Origin: a bacterium
Lineage (GTDB): Bacteria; UBA8248
Reading direction: 5' to 3'
Length of the DNA stretch: 64,000 nt
NCBI GenBank assembly: GCA_965261085.1
Contig: OZ253442.1
Coordinates: 3,264,001 to 3,328,000 of the forward strand
The notes below the pieces were generated by a model that was not told the origin of the DNA, did no database searches, and saw nothing but the letters and a program-made list of their open reading frames with translations. The stretch's first letter is position 1; the number at the start of each line of letters is the position of its first letter. Shown piece after piece: positions 20,516-29,378 of this stretch. Both the position numbers and the translations under genes were made by a program.

Positions 20516-21388
20516 TCAGATGCCTTCGACCCCGCCGTCGTCCACGGACGTCGTTTCGGAGAAGATGAAATCCGTCTCGTCCAGGTCGTTCACGTCGACG
20601 TTGCTGAGCCTGATCTGACCCCCGCCGTATGCGCTTAAGTCGATGACGGCGTCCGTCCCCTGGGCGGTGATAGCGAGATCCTCGAAACCGGCAATGCCCG
20701 AGATCGCCGTGAGGTCGATCATGTCTTCCCCGTCGGCGAAATCCTTGATCGTGTCCGCGCCGTGGTCGGGGGTGAACACGAAGGTGTCCGCGCCCGCGTC
20801 GCCCGTGAGCGTATCGTCGCCCGCACCGCCCGAGATCGTGTCGTCGCCCGACCAGCCGTAGAGCGTGTCGTCGCCCGCGCCGCCCTCGACGGCATCGTCG
20901 CCCTCGCCGCCAACTATCGTGTCGTCGCCCGACCAGCCGTAGAGCGTGTCGTCGCCCGCGCCGCCCTCGATCGTGTCGTCGCCCGCGCCGCCCTCGACGG
21001 CATCGTCGCCCGCGCCGCCGTAGAGCTTGTCGTCGCCCTCGCCGCCGATTAGCCTGTCGTCACCCTCGCCGCCAACTATCGTGTCGTCACCCTCGCCGCC
21101 GTAGAACGAGTCATTCCCCGCGCCGCCATCGAGCGTGTCGTTGCCCGCGTCGCCGAAGATCAGGTCGTCGCCCTCGCCGCCGTAGAGCGTGTCGTCACCG
21201 GTGCCGCCCTCGATCGTGTCGTCACCCTCGCCGCCCTCGATCGTGTCGTCACCCTCGGCGCCATAGAGCGTGTCGTCACCCGCGCCGCCGTAGAGCGTGT
21301 CGTCGCCCCCGCTACCGTAGAGCGTGTCGTCTCCCTCGCCGCCCGTGAGCGTGTCGTCGCCCCTACCGCCGTAGAATTCGTTTGGCAT
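20516..21388 (-). CDS. RTX/hemolysin-type calcium-binding protein, 290 aa
   Basis: About 20 tandem GGxGDDxLx nonapeptides; no signal peptide; T1SS-type tail ending DFIF..DDGGVEGI. Confidence 0.93.
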   Translation of the reverse strand: MPNEFYGGRGDDTLTGGEGDDTLYGSGGDDTLYGGAGDDTLYGAEGDDTIEGGEGDDTIEGGTGDDTLYGGEGDDLIFGDAGNDTLDGGAGNDSFYGGEGDDTIVGGEGDDRLIGGEGDDKLYGGAGDDAVEGGAGDDTIEGGAGDDTLYGWSGDDTIVGGEGDDAVEGGAGDDTLYGWSGDDTISGGAGDDTLTGDAGADTFVFTPDHGADTIKDFADGEDMIDLTAISGIAGFEDLAITAQGTDAVIDLSAYGGGQIRLSNVDVNDLDETDFIFSETTSVDDGGVEGI

Positions 21389-21456
21389 GTCGTTTCCCCT
21401 TTACCGGATAGATTTTCGACCGATTCTCATACACTATACCTATTCATCCCATCGTC

Positions 21457-23022
21457 TCAGATGCCTTCGACCCCGCCGTCGTCCACCGTCGTTTCCTGGA
21501 AGATGAAATCACTGGCATCGAGATCCGCCATGTCGAAGTTCTCCAGGGTGATCGTTCCGCCGCCGTGGGTGATCACGGCATTGCCGCCATCGGCGGTGAT
21601 GGCCAGATCATCGAAGCCGGAAATGCCCGAGATCGCCGTGAGGTCGATCATGTCTTCCCCGTCGGTGAAATCCTTGATCGTGTCCGCGCCGTGGTCGGGG
21701 GTGAACACGAAGGTGTCCGCGCCCGCGCCGCCAAATAAGGTATCGTCGCCCGCGCCGCCATCGAGCGTGTCGTCGCCCGCCCAGCCGTGGAGCGTGTCGT
21801 CGCCCGCGCGGCCCGTGAGCGTATCGTCGCCCGCGTCGCCGCCATCGCCGCCGCCATAGATGATGTCGTCGCCCAATCTGCCTGTCACCGAATCGTCGCC
21901 CTCGGTGCCTTCATATCTCCCGCCAGTGAAAAACCTGAAATCATCCGCACTCAGTTCCGTAACCTGGACACCCTCCAGCCGGATGGTGCCGCCGCCGAAG
22001 GCGCTCAAGTCGATGACGGCGTCATTTCCATCGGCGGTGATGGGCAGATCATCAATACTCATCACGTTCTTGACATTGGAAAAATCGATTACGTCGCCGC
22101 TGGAGAAGTCCGTGATCGTGTCGTCGCCGTGGCCTTCGAAGGGCACGAACACGTCGCCGGTATCGGCGAACACGAACGTGTCCGCTCCATCTCCGCCCGT
22201 TAGCGTATCGTCGCCCTCTCCGCCCGTTAGCGTATCGTCGCCCTCTCCGCCCGTTAGCGTATCGTCGCCCTCGTCGCCATAGATGGTGTCGTCGCCCGCG
22301 CCGCCATCGAGCGCATCGTCGCCCTCACCGCCTCTTAGAGTGTCGTTGCCCGCGCCGCCGGAGATGGTGTCGTCGCCCGCGATGCCATAGAGCGTATCGT
22401 CGCCCTCGCCGCCATAGAGCGTATCGTCGCCCGCGTCGCCAACCAAGGTGTCGTCGCCCGCGCCGCCATCGATGGTGTCGTCGCCCGCGTTGCCATAGAG
22501 CCTGTCGTTGCCCTCGCCGCCATCGAGTGTATCGTCGCCCTCACCGCCGTAGATCCAGTCGTTGCCCGCGCCGCCATCGATGGTGTCGTCGCCCGCGCCG
22601 CCACTTAGGGTGTCGCCGCCCTCGCCGCCATAGATGGTGTCGTCGCCCGCTTCGCTATAGATGGTGTCGCCGCCCGCGTCGCCGGAGATGGTGTCGTCGC
22701 CCGCGCCGGCGGAGATGGTGTCGCCGCCCTCGCCGCCGGAGATGGTGTCGTCGCCCGCGCCGCCATAGATCATATCGTTGCCCGCGCCGCCATAGAGTGT
22801 ATCGTCGCCCTTGCCGCCACTTAGTTTGTCGCCGTCCGCGTCGCCAGAGAGTGTGTCGTCGCCCGCGCCGCCATAGAGTGTATCGTCGCCCGCGTTGCCT
22901 CTTAGAGTGTCTTTGCCCGCGCCGCCATAGAGTGTATCGTCGCCCTCGCCGCCATAGAGCTTGTCTTTGCCCTTGCCGCCAGAGATACTGTCGTCGCCGT
23001 CGCCGCCGTATTGTGTTGGCAT
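21457..23022 (-). CDS. RTX/hemolysin-type calcium-binding protein, 521 aa
   Basis: About 30 tandem nonapeptides, then a duplicated cap module; same DDGGVEGI end. Confidence 0.93.
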   Translation of the reverse strand: MPTQYGGDGDDSISGGKGKDKLYGGEGDDTLYGGAGKDTLRGNAGDDTLYGGAGDDTLSGDADGDKLSGGKGDDTLYGGAGNDMIYGGAGDDTISGGEGGDTISAGAGDDTISGDAGGDTIYSEAGDDTIYGGEGGDTLSGGAGDDTIDGGAGNDWIYGGEGDDTLDGGEGNDRLYGNAGDDTIDGGAGDDTLVGDAGDDTLYGGEGDDTLYGIAGDDTISGGAGNDTLRGGEGDDALDGGAGDDTIYGDEGDDTLTGGEGDDTLTGGEGDDTLTGGDGADTFVFADTGDVFVPFEGHGDDTITDFSSGDVIDFSNVKNVMSIDDLPITADGNDAVIDLSAFGGGTIRLEGVQVTELSADDFRFFTGGRYEGTEGDDSVTGRLGDDIIYGGGDGGDAGDDTLTGRAGDDTLHGWAGDDTLDGGAGDDTLFGGAGADTFVFTPDHGADTIKDFTDGEDMIDLTAISGISGFDDLAITADGGNAVITHGGGTITLENFDMADLDASDFIFQETTVDDGGVEGI

Positions 23023-23064
23023 GTCGTTTCCCCTGTATTTAAGAAATTTTCTTCACCCGCAACG

Positions 23065-23370
23065 AAAACTCCCCGTGCACCACCCATAGTTGCTCTACGG
23101 AGCACTGTAAATTATCACACCCATTAAAGCACAAAATGTGTGAACTTAGTGTGAACATTTGCGACAATTACGTGTTTTTATCATGTTATTTTGGATAAAT
23201 CCCCCTGTGGGGCCGCAACCGCGCCGTGGACAGGGCGCTCCGAAACGATCCGCTGACGGTGGAACGCCGTCAGGCTCATTCTCTCGGAATATGACCGCGT
23301 CGGCGCCGAGCCCGATACCCTCGTCTTGCATGGCCACTGTATCGACTTCACCCTGAGTAGCCGCCGAAGG
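23065..23370 (-). promoter_or_regulatory. Shared leader upstream of the RTX genes
   Basis: Homologous to 28385-28700, 42130-42345 and 61170-61420; GTGTGAAC at 23138 and 23149 (11-bp period). Confidence 0.85.
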
Positions 23371-23387
23371 TCAAACGCGACTGAAAA

Positions 23388-24909
23388 GGGGTTGTTGAAA
23401 AACCCCTGACTCTATGCTTGGATGTATGGATATTACGCGCCCGAGAAGGGAATATCCGCGATGTTGGGACGCAAGAACCGCGCCCAGATGGATTTGTTCA
23501 TCACCGGTTCGCTGGAGAGGTTGATTCCCGAGGATCACATATTGGCCCGCGTGAACCGCGTTCTGGACCTGAGTTGGCTGCGCGAGGAAGTGGCGGATTG
23601 TTATTGCGCGGACAACGGCCGTCCTGGGATCGACCCCGAAGTGGCGGTTCGGTTGATGTTGGCGGGCCTTCTGCTGGGGTTCGTGCACGACCGTCGGTTG
23701 ATGCGCGAGGCGCAGGTGAACATCGCGATCCGGTGGTTCATCGGTTACGGGCTGGAGGATCGGCTGCCGGATCATTCGAGCCTGACGCGGATACGGCAGC
23801 GCTGGGGGGAGGCCCGGTTCCGGGAGATATTCCGCCGCACGGTCCGTGCGTGCCTGGATGCGAAGGTGGCCAAGGCCGAAGTCGTGCACGTGGACGCCTC
23901 ATTGATCCGCGCGGACGTGAGTTGGGAGAGTCTGGTGGAGCGTCACGTGGACGAGGTGATAGCGGAGAACCCCGTCGAGGAGGAGGCCGGGAAGAAGGGT
24001 GGAGGAGGCCGCCGTGGCGGGGGTTCCGGGAAGGTGAGCCGGACGGACCCGGACGCGCGGCTGGCGAGAACGGGCGGGGGATTCGAGCCGAGCTACAAGC
24101 AGCACGCTGTGGTGGACGACACGCGCGGGGTGGTGCTCGACGTATCGGTGACGGAGGGTACGGTGAACGAGCGTGAGGTGCTCGAATCGCAGGTGGAAGC
24201 GGTATGCGAGGTATCGGGGCGCGCGCCCGCGATGGTGACGGCGGACTCTGGCTACGCCTACTCGAAGGTCTACGCGGCCCTGGAGCGCCGGGGTGTGGCC
24301 GCGCTCATTCCGGCGAAGAGGGAACCCTCGCAGAGCCGTGTTCCGTTGCGCCTGTTCCGCTACGACGCGCGGCACGACATCGTGAAGTGTCCGCGCGGCA
24401 AGATACTGAGCCCCCGTCGGCCCGCAAAGGGGGGGCGTTATTATCGTTCGAAGACCCGTGATTGCGCGGGCTGCGCGCTTCGCGAGGATTGCCTGCCGAA
24501 GGCGTGGTCGAGCAAGGTGGTGTTGGTTCCGCATGCGTATCCGGCGCTGTTGCGCGCGCGCCGGCGCCATGCGCGATGGAGGGAGGAGGAGCGGCGGATG
24601 TACCGGCGTCATATGTGGCGCTCGGAGGGCTACCACGGCGAGGCGAAGACCTGGCACGGGCTTGCGCGCGCGGTGCGGCGCGGTCTTGAGAACATGAAGA
24701 TACAGTCCTACCTGACGGCGGCGGCGATCAACCTCAAGCGGCTCTCCGCCGCACTTGCTGCAAGGTTATTCGCCCTCTGGAGGGCCTGGTCGGCCCGGGA
24801 AGAGCCTCTGTGCGTCCATCGCGGCCTCGCAAGCTGCGCGGGCTTCCTGTCCGCCGCCGCGTGACCCTCCATACCGCCCGCTCCCGAAACCGGGTTATTC
24901 AACAACCCC
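23388..24909 (+). mobile_element. IS1182-family insertion sequence
   Basis: Terminal inverted repeats GGGGTTGTTGAAAAACCC / GGGTTATTCAACAACCCC (17 of 18 match); flanking GAAAA direct repeat. Confidence 0.9.
23461..24864 (+). CDS. IS1182-family DDE transposase
   Basis: IPEDHIL, GRPGIDP, PDHSSLTR, VDASLI, SRTDPDA, ADSGY, Cys-rich insertion, terminal NLKR. Confidence 0.92.
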   Translation: MLGRKNRAQMDLFITGSLERLIPEDHILARVNRVLDLSWLREEVADCYCADNGRPGIDPEVAVRLMLAGLLLGFVHDRRLMREAQVNIAIRWFIGYGLEDRLPDHSSLTRIRQRWGEARFREIFRRTVRACLDAKVAKAEVVHVDASLIRADVSWESLVERHVDEVIAENPVEEEAGKKGGGGRRGGGSGKVSRTDPDARLARTGGGFEPSYKQHAVVDDTRGVVLDVSVTEGTVNEREVLESQVEAVCEVSGRAPAMVTADSGYAYSKVYAALERRGVAALIPAKREPSQSRVPLRLFRYDARHDIVKCPRGKILSPRRPAKGGRYYRSKTRDCAGCALREDCLPKAWSSKVVLVPHAYPALLRARRRHARWREEERRMYRRHMWRSEGYHGEAKTWHGLARAVRRGLENMKIQSYLTAAAINLKRLSAALAARLFALWRAWSAREEPLCVHRGLASCAGFLSAAA

Positions 24910-25028
24910 GAAAAAGGAGCGTTTGTATCGAAGGGCGCTCCCTTTCGATGCGCCCCGGCGCTCCCTCGATACGGCGCGCGAGCGCGCCTACTCGGGATGA
25001 GGGAGGAGTGTTGTCGCCGCCGCGCACG

Positions 25029-28000
25029 TCACATGGAATCTTCCACCACCGACAGCGTGTAGGTGCCTGTATCGTATCCCCAGGCGCCGGCCGCCACATA
25101 GTAGGCGCCGGCTTCCTCCGCCGTGAACGTCACCCGGGCGTTGTAGCCCGCGCCGCCGTCGTCGTCCGTCGTGCCGGGGATGAAGTTTCCGTCCGCGTCG
25201 TGGAGCCCGTACAGATACGGGTCACTCAAGGTGCCGCTCCCGGTCGGCGAGCCCTTGAGGTCGATCCGGTAGGTCGCGCCCGCCTCGAGTTCCACCGCGA
25301 ACCAGTCGCAGTCGAACGAGATCTCGATATCGCTCGTCACCGAGCCGCCCACCTCCACCGCGCCGCTCGTCCCGGTACCCGCCGCCAAATCGTCCGGGAC
25401 CTCAGTCACCGACAGCGTGTAGGTGCCTTTACTGTCATATTCACCGCCGCCGGTGTATACATAGCTGTTGCCGGCCACCAAATAGTAGGTGCCGGCATCC
25501 GTCGCCGTGAACGTCACCCGGGCGTTGTAGCCCGCGCCGCCGTCGTCGTCCCACGTGTAGAGGATACGGACGCCGTCCGCGTCGCGGACCGAGCCCAGAT
25601 GCGGGTTCCTCATGGTGCCGCCCCCGGTCCACGAGCCTTCCAGGTCGATCCGGTAGGTACTGCCCGCCTCGAGCTCGACGGCGAACCAGTCGTGGTCGTT
25701 AAATACATGGATCTTGCCCGTCGCCGAGCCGCCCACCGCAACCCGGCCGGTCGTGGAGGTGTCTTCCGGAAGGTCCTGGCCGTCCGGTTCGGACACACTC
25801 TGTTGCGTCTCCGTAACCTCCTGCGCTTCGGCCACGTCGGTGACGTTGACGGTGACGGTCACCTCGCTGTGCAGGCTGCCGTCACTCGCCCGCACCGTCA
25901 GTTCGTACCGGGTCGTCCCCGACTCGTAGTCCTCGCCCGCGCCCTGGTACGACAGGGCGCCCGTCCCCGGGTCGATGGCGAACAGGCCACCGGAGTCGCC
26001 CGCCTCGATGCTGTAGGTAATCGTCGAGTTTTCCGGGTCCGTCGCCGATACCGCGCCCAACGCTACACTGGCCGCGCCGCCGTCGGCGTTCTCCGCCAGT
26101 GAGAACGCATAGCTCCCCTCCGCGAACGCCGGCGCTTCGGCCACGTCGGTGACGTTGACGGTGACGGTCACCTCGCTGTGCAGGCTGCCGTCACTCGCCC
26201 GCACCGTCAGTTCGTAGCTGGTCGTCCCCGACTCGTAGTCCTCGCCCGCGCCCTGGTACGACAGGGCGCCCGTCCCTGAGTCGATCTCGAACAGGCCACC
26301 GGAGTCGCCCGCCTCGATGCTGTAGGTAATCGTCGAGTTTTCCGGATCCGTCGCAGAGACCGCGCCCAACGCTACACTGCTCGCGCCGCCGTCGGCGTTC
26401 TCCGCCAAGTCGAACGCATAGCTCGTCTCCGCGAACGCCGGCGCTTCGGCCACGTCGGTGACGTTGACGGCCACGGTCACGTCGCTGTGCAGGCTGCCGT
26501 CGCCGGCGCGCACCGTCAGCTCGTAGCTGGTCGTCCCCGACTCGTAGTCCTCACCCACGCCGATGTAGAACACCTCGCCGCTCGTCGCGTCGATCTCGAA
26601 CAGGCCACCGGAGTCGCCCGCCTCGATGCTGTAGCTCACCGCCGCATCTTCGGGGTCCGTCGCCGATACCGCGCCCAGAGACACCCCGTTCGCGCCCCCG
26701 TCCGCGTTCTCCGCCAGTGAGAACGCATAGCTCGTCTGCCCGAACGCCGGAGGACCGTTCACGGTTTTCTGCTGTGCGGTCTGAGGCGAGACGTCCCTGA
26801 CCTCAACCTCGTAGGCGCCGAGTCCGGAGTAGGCGCCGGCGATGATGTAATGTGTGCCGCTCTCGGTCGGGGTGAAGTTCAACCGGCTGTTGTAGCCTTC
26901 GCCTCCATCGTCGTTGGACACGCCCGCAATTCGGCTGCCGTCAGGGCCCTTGATGCCGCGCAGATACGGATCGTTCAGTGTGCCGTCGCCCGTCGGGCTG
27001 CCCCTGAGATCGATGATGTAGGTCCGCCCCGCAACCAGCTCCACCGCAAACCCATCCCGGTCGCCCGTGCTCCCGATCTTGCCGGTAGCGGTGCCGCCGA
27101 CGGCAACCCGGCCAATCGTCGATGTATTCGTGGGAAGGTCCTCGCCGTACGGCTCGGACACGCTCTGCAAGTTTTCCGGGTCGGCCGGCGCGACAATCGT
27201 TTGCTCCGGCACGTCCGTAATGGCGACGCTCACCGCGGCGTCGGCGGTCAGAGCGCCGTCGCTCGCCCGGATCGTCAGGTCGAACTGCGCCGCGCCGGCC
27301 TCGTAGTCCTCGCCCGCCCCGACGTAGAACAGCTCGCCGCTCGCCGCGTCGATCTCGAACGACCCTGACTCGTTGCCGCCCTCGATGCTGTATGCGACCG
27401 TGTCATTGTCCGGGTCCGTGGCCGTAACCGCGCCCAGAGATACCCGGTCCGTGCCCCCGTCCGCGTTCTCCGCGAGTGAGAACGCGTAGCTCGCCTCCGC
27501 GAACTCCGGCGCCTCATCCGTCCCCTCCTGCTGCTGCTGCTCCAAGGCGGCCACCACGTCGGGATTGGCCCCACTCACCCCATAACGCAGTTTGAATTCG
27601 TTGGCGCCTTCTTCCTGCGCTTCCACCCGCACGAAATACGTCCCGGCCAGGAGCGTCTGCGAAATCCACTCGCTCGCCGTCCCCTCCTCCGTGCCGCTGT
27701 AGAGGACGTTGCCTTCGGCGTCCTCCAGAAACAGGTCGGCATTCGCATCCTGTTGGCGCAAACCCAGTCCAACCCTCCTGGCCTCCGAAAGCGTGAAGCG
27801 CCAGTAGTCCACCGAGTCGGAGGAGCCGTCGAGTGATGCTGCCGGAAACTGCAGCCCGGCGAGAGCCGTGATATCGCCGAGATCGGTCGCGCCGCCGCGC
27901 TCGGCGTCCGTATCCACCCATTCCGTCACGCGCACGGTGTACTCGCCCGTCTGATTCGAATGGCCGCGAGCTTCGATATAGTAGGCGCCGGTGGTGGCGG

Positions 28001-28280
28001 CGGTGAAGGTCAACCGGGCGTCCCTGCCGGCGCCGCCATCGTTGTCCCGGGCGCCCGCAATCCGGTTGCCGCCGGCGTCGTAGAGGCCTCGCAGTACCGG
28101 GTCCTGCAGGGCGCCACCGCCGCTGTCGGCTCCCTCCAGGCCGATGACGTAGGTATGGCCGGCGACCAGGTCGACCGCGAACCAGTCGAAGTCATTCGAG
28201 GTCTCGATCTCGCCCGCCGCCGAGCCCCCCACCGCAACCGCGCCGGTAGTCTGCGTATCGGATGTATAGTCGTCAGGCAT
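25029..28280 (-). CDS. Secreted PPC-like plus cadherin-repeat protein, 1083 aa
   Basis: MPDDY start; PPC-like repeats (DWFAVEL, DPYL.G); four cadherin-like repeats (LAENAD, ATDPE, DYE, LTVRASDG, VTDV); no signal peptide. Confidence 0.9.
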   Translation of the reverse strand: MPDDYTSDTQTTGAVAVGGSAAGEIETSNDFDWFAVDLVAGHTYVIGLEGADSGGGALQDPVLRGLYDAGGNRIAGARDNDGGAGRDARLTFTAATTGAYYIEARGHSNQTGEYTVRVTEWVDTDAERGGATDLGDITALAGLQFPAASLDGSSDSVDYWRFTLSEARRVGLGLRQQDANADLFLEDAEGNVLYSGTEEGTASEWISQTLLAGTYFVRVEAQEEGANEFKLRYGVSGANPDVVAALEQQQQEGTDEAPEFAEASYAFSLAENADGGTDRVSLGAVTATDPDNDTVAYSIEGGNESGSFEIDAASGELFYVGAGEDYEAGAAQFDLTIRASDGALTADAAVSVAITDVPEQTIVAPADPENLQSVSEPYGEDLPTNTSTIGRVAVGGTATGKIGSTGDRDGFAVELVAGRTYIIDLRGSPTGDGTLNDPYLRGIKGPDGSRIAGVSNDDGGEGYNSRLNFTPTESGTHYIIAGAYSGLGAYEVEVRDVSPQTAQQKTVNGPPAFGQTSYAFSLAENADGGANGVSLGAVSATDPEDAAVSYSIEAGDSGGLFEIDATSGEVFYIGVGEDYESGTTSYELTVRAGDGSLHSDVTVAVNVTDVAEAPAFAETSYAFDLAENADGGASSVALGAVSATDPENSTITYSIEAGDSGGLFEIDSGTGALSYQGAGEDYESGTTSYELTVRASDGSLHSEVTVTVNVTDVAEAPAFAEGSYAFSLAENADGGAASVALGAVSATDPENSTITYSIEAGDSGGLFAIDPGTGALSYQGAGEDYESGTTRYELTVRASDGSLHSEVTVTVNVTDVAEAQEVTETQQSVSEPDGQDLPEDTSTTGRVAVGGSATGKIHVFNDHDWFAVELEAGSTYRIDLEGSWTGGGTMRNPHLGSVRDADGVRILYTWDDDGGAGYNARVTFTATDAGTYYLVAGNSYVYTGGGEYDSKGTYTLSVTEVPDDLAAGTGTSGAVEVGGSVTSDIEISFDCDWFAVELEAGATYRIDLKGSPTGSGTLSDPYLYGLHDADGNFIPGTTDDDGGAGYNARVTFTAEEAGAYYVAAGAWGYDTGTYTLSVVEDSM

Positions 28281-28289
28281 GGTCTGTCC

Positions 28290-28800
28290 CCTTTCTCAAG
28301 TGAATCCGGGGCAATGGGCGCCCCGGCTCAACTCGTTTCTCCTCGTCGAGGGATCCGGAAGATCCCCCCCAAACACTCACACGCAACGAAAACTCCCCGA
28401 GTTTCGCCCCAGGGTTGCTCTACGGAGCGCTGTAAATTATCAGACCCATTTAAGCACAAAATGTGTGAACTTAGTGTGAGTGTTTGCGACAATTACGTGT
28501 TGTTATCGTGTTATTTTGTATGAATCCCCCTGTGGGGTCGCAACCGCGCCGTGGACAGGGCGTTCCGAAACGATCCGCCGACAGTGGGACAGTGGGACGC
28601 CGTCAGGCTCATTCTCTCAGAATATGACCGCATCGGCGGCGAGCCCGATACCCTCGTCTTGCATGGCCACTGTATCGACTTCACCCTGAGTAGCCGCCGA
28701 AGGCGGCATATCGAAGGGCGCTCCCTTTCGATGCGCCCCGGCGCTCCCTCGATACGGCGCGCGAGCGCGCCTACTCGGGATGAGGGAGGAGTGTCGTCGC
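28290..28800 (-). promoter_or_regulatory. Shared leader plus duplicated flanking block
   Basis: 28385-28700 matches 23065-23370; 28708-28800 matches 24925-25018, giving the IS-free counterpart. Confidence 0.85.
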
Positions 28801-29002
28801 GGGTCGCCGCCCTGTTCGGGACGAGGGAGCCGCGCGGACATGTCGCGCCTAGATATTGATCAAATCCGCTTTCGTTTTGATTGCATATTTCAGAAGGCGG
28901 ATGACGGACGAGACGGGCAAGAATATATTTATAATGATATCAACAGGACAGCGTGATTTTGTGGCCGATGAAATAGCCTTGACGAGGCGATAATACTGAA
29001 AA

Positions 29003-29065
29003 TATCGATAAATTCACGGGGTTTTTCAGTAAATTATTGAAACGCTAAATAATTGATTATAGGCG
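29003..29065 (+). repeat. Partial boundary element
   Basis: CGATAAATTCACGGGGTTTTTC shared with the boundary elements; IHF consensus on the minus strand at 29046-29058. Confidence 0.6.
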
Positions 29066-29125
29066 GTTTATGACGTTTCAGGCCGGAATGGAGGTCATTC
29101 CGGCCATGTAGGAGCGCAGCGCACG

Positions 29126-29220
29126 TCACAGGACCTCTTCCACCGACAGCGTGTAGGCGCCTTCCCGGTCTCCCCCGGCGCCGGCCGCCACATAGTAGGC
29201 GCCGGCATCCTCCGCCGTGA
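29126..29220 (-). pseudogene. Orphan 3' end of a PPC-repeat gene
   Basis: TAEDAGAYYVAAGAGGDREGAYTLSVEEVL*. Confidence 0.8.
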
Positions 29221-29378
29221 GATTCTAACGGCCCGACGTCAAGTTTTCCGGCAGTGTCGCAATGACGAATGGGCCTCATACCGGTAGGCAACCTTCAGAT
29301 CTCCATTTGCAGAAATGACAACGTCGATATCGTAGTCGTCGGGAGTATCTTTGCACTTTTCAATACGGCCGTAGTCCC

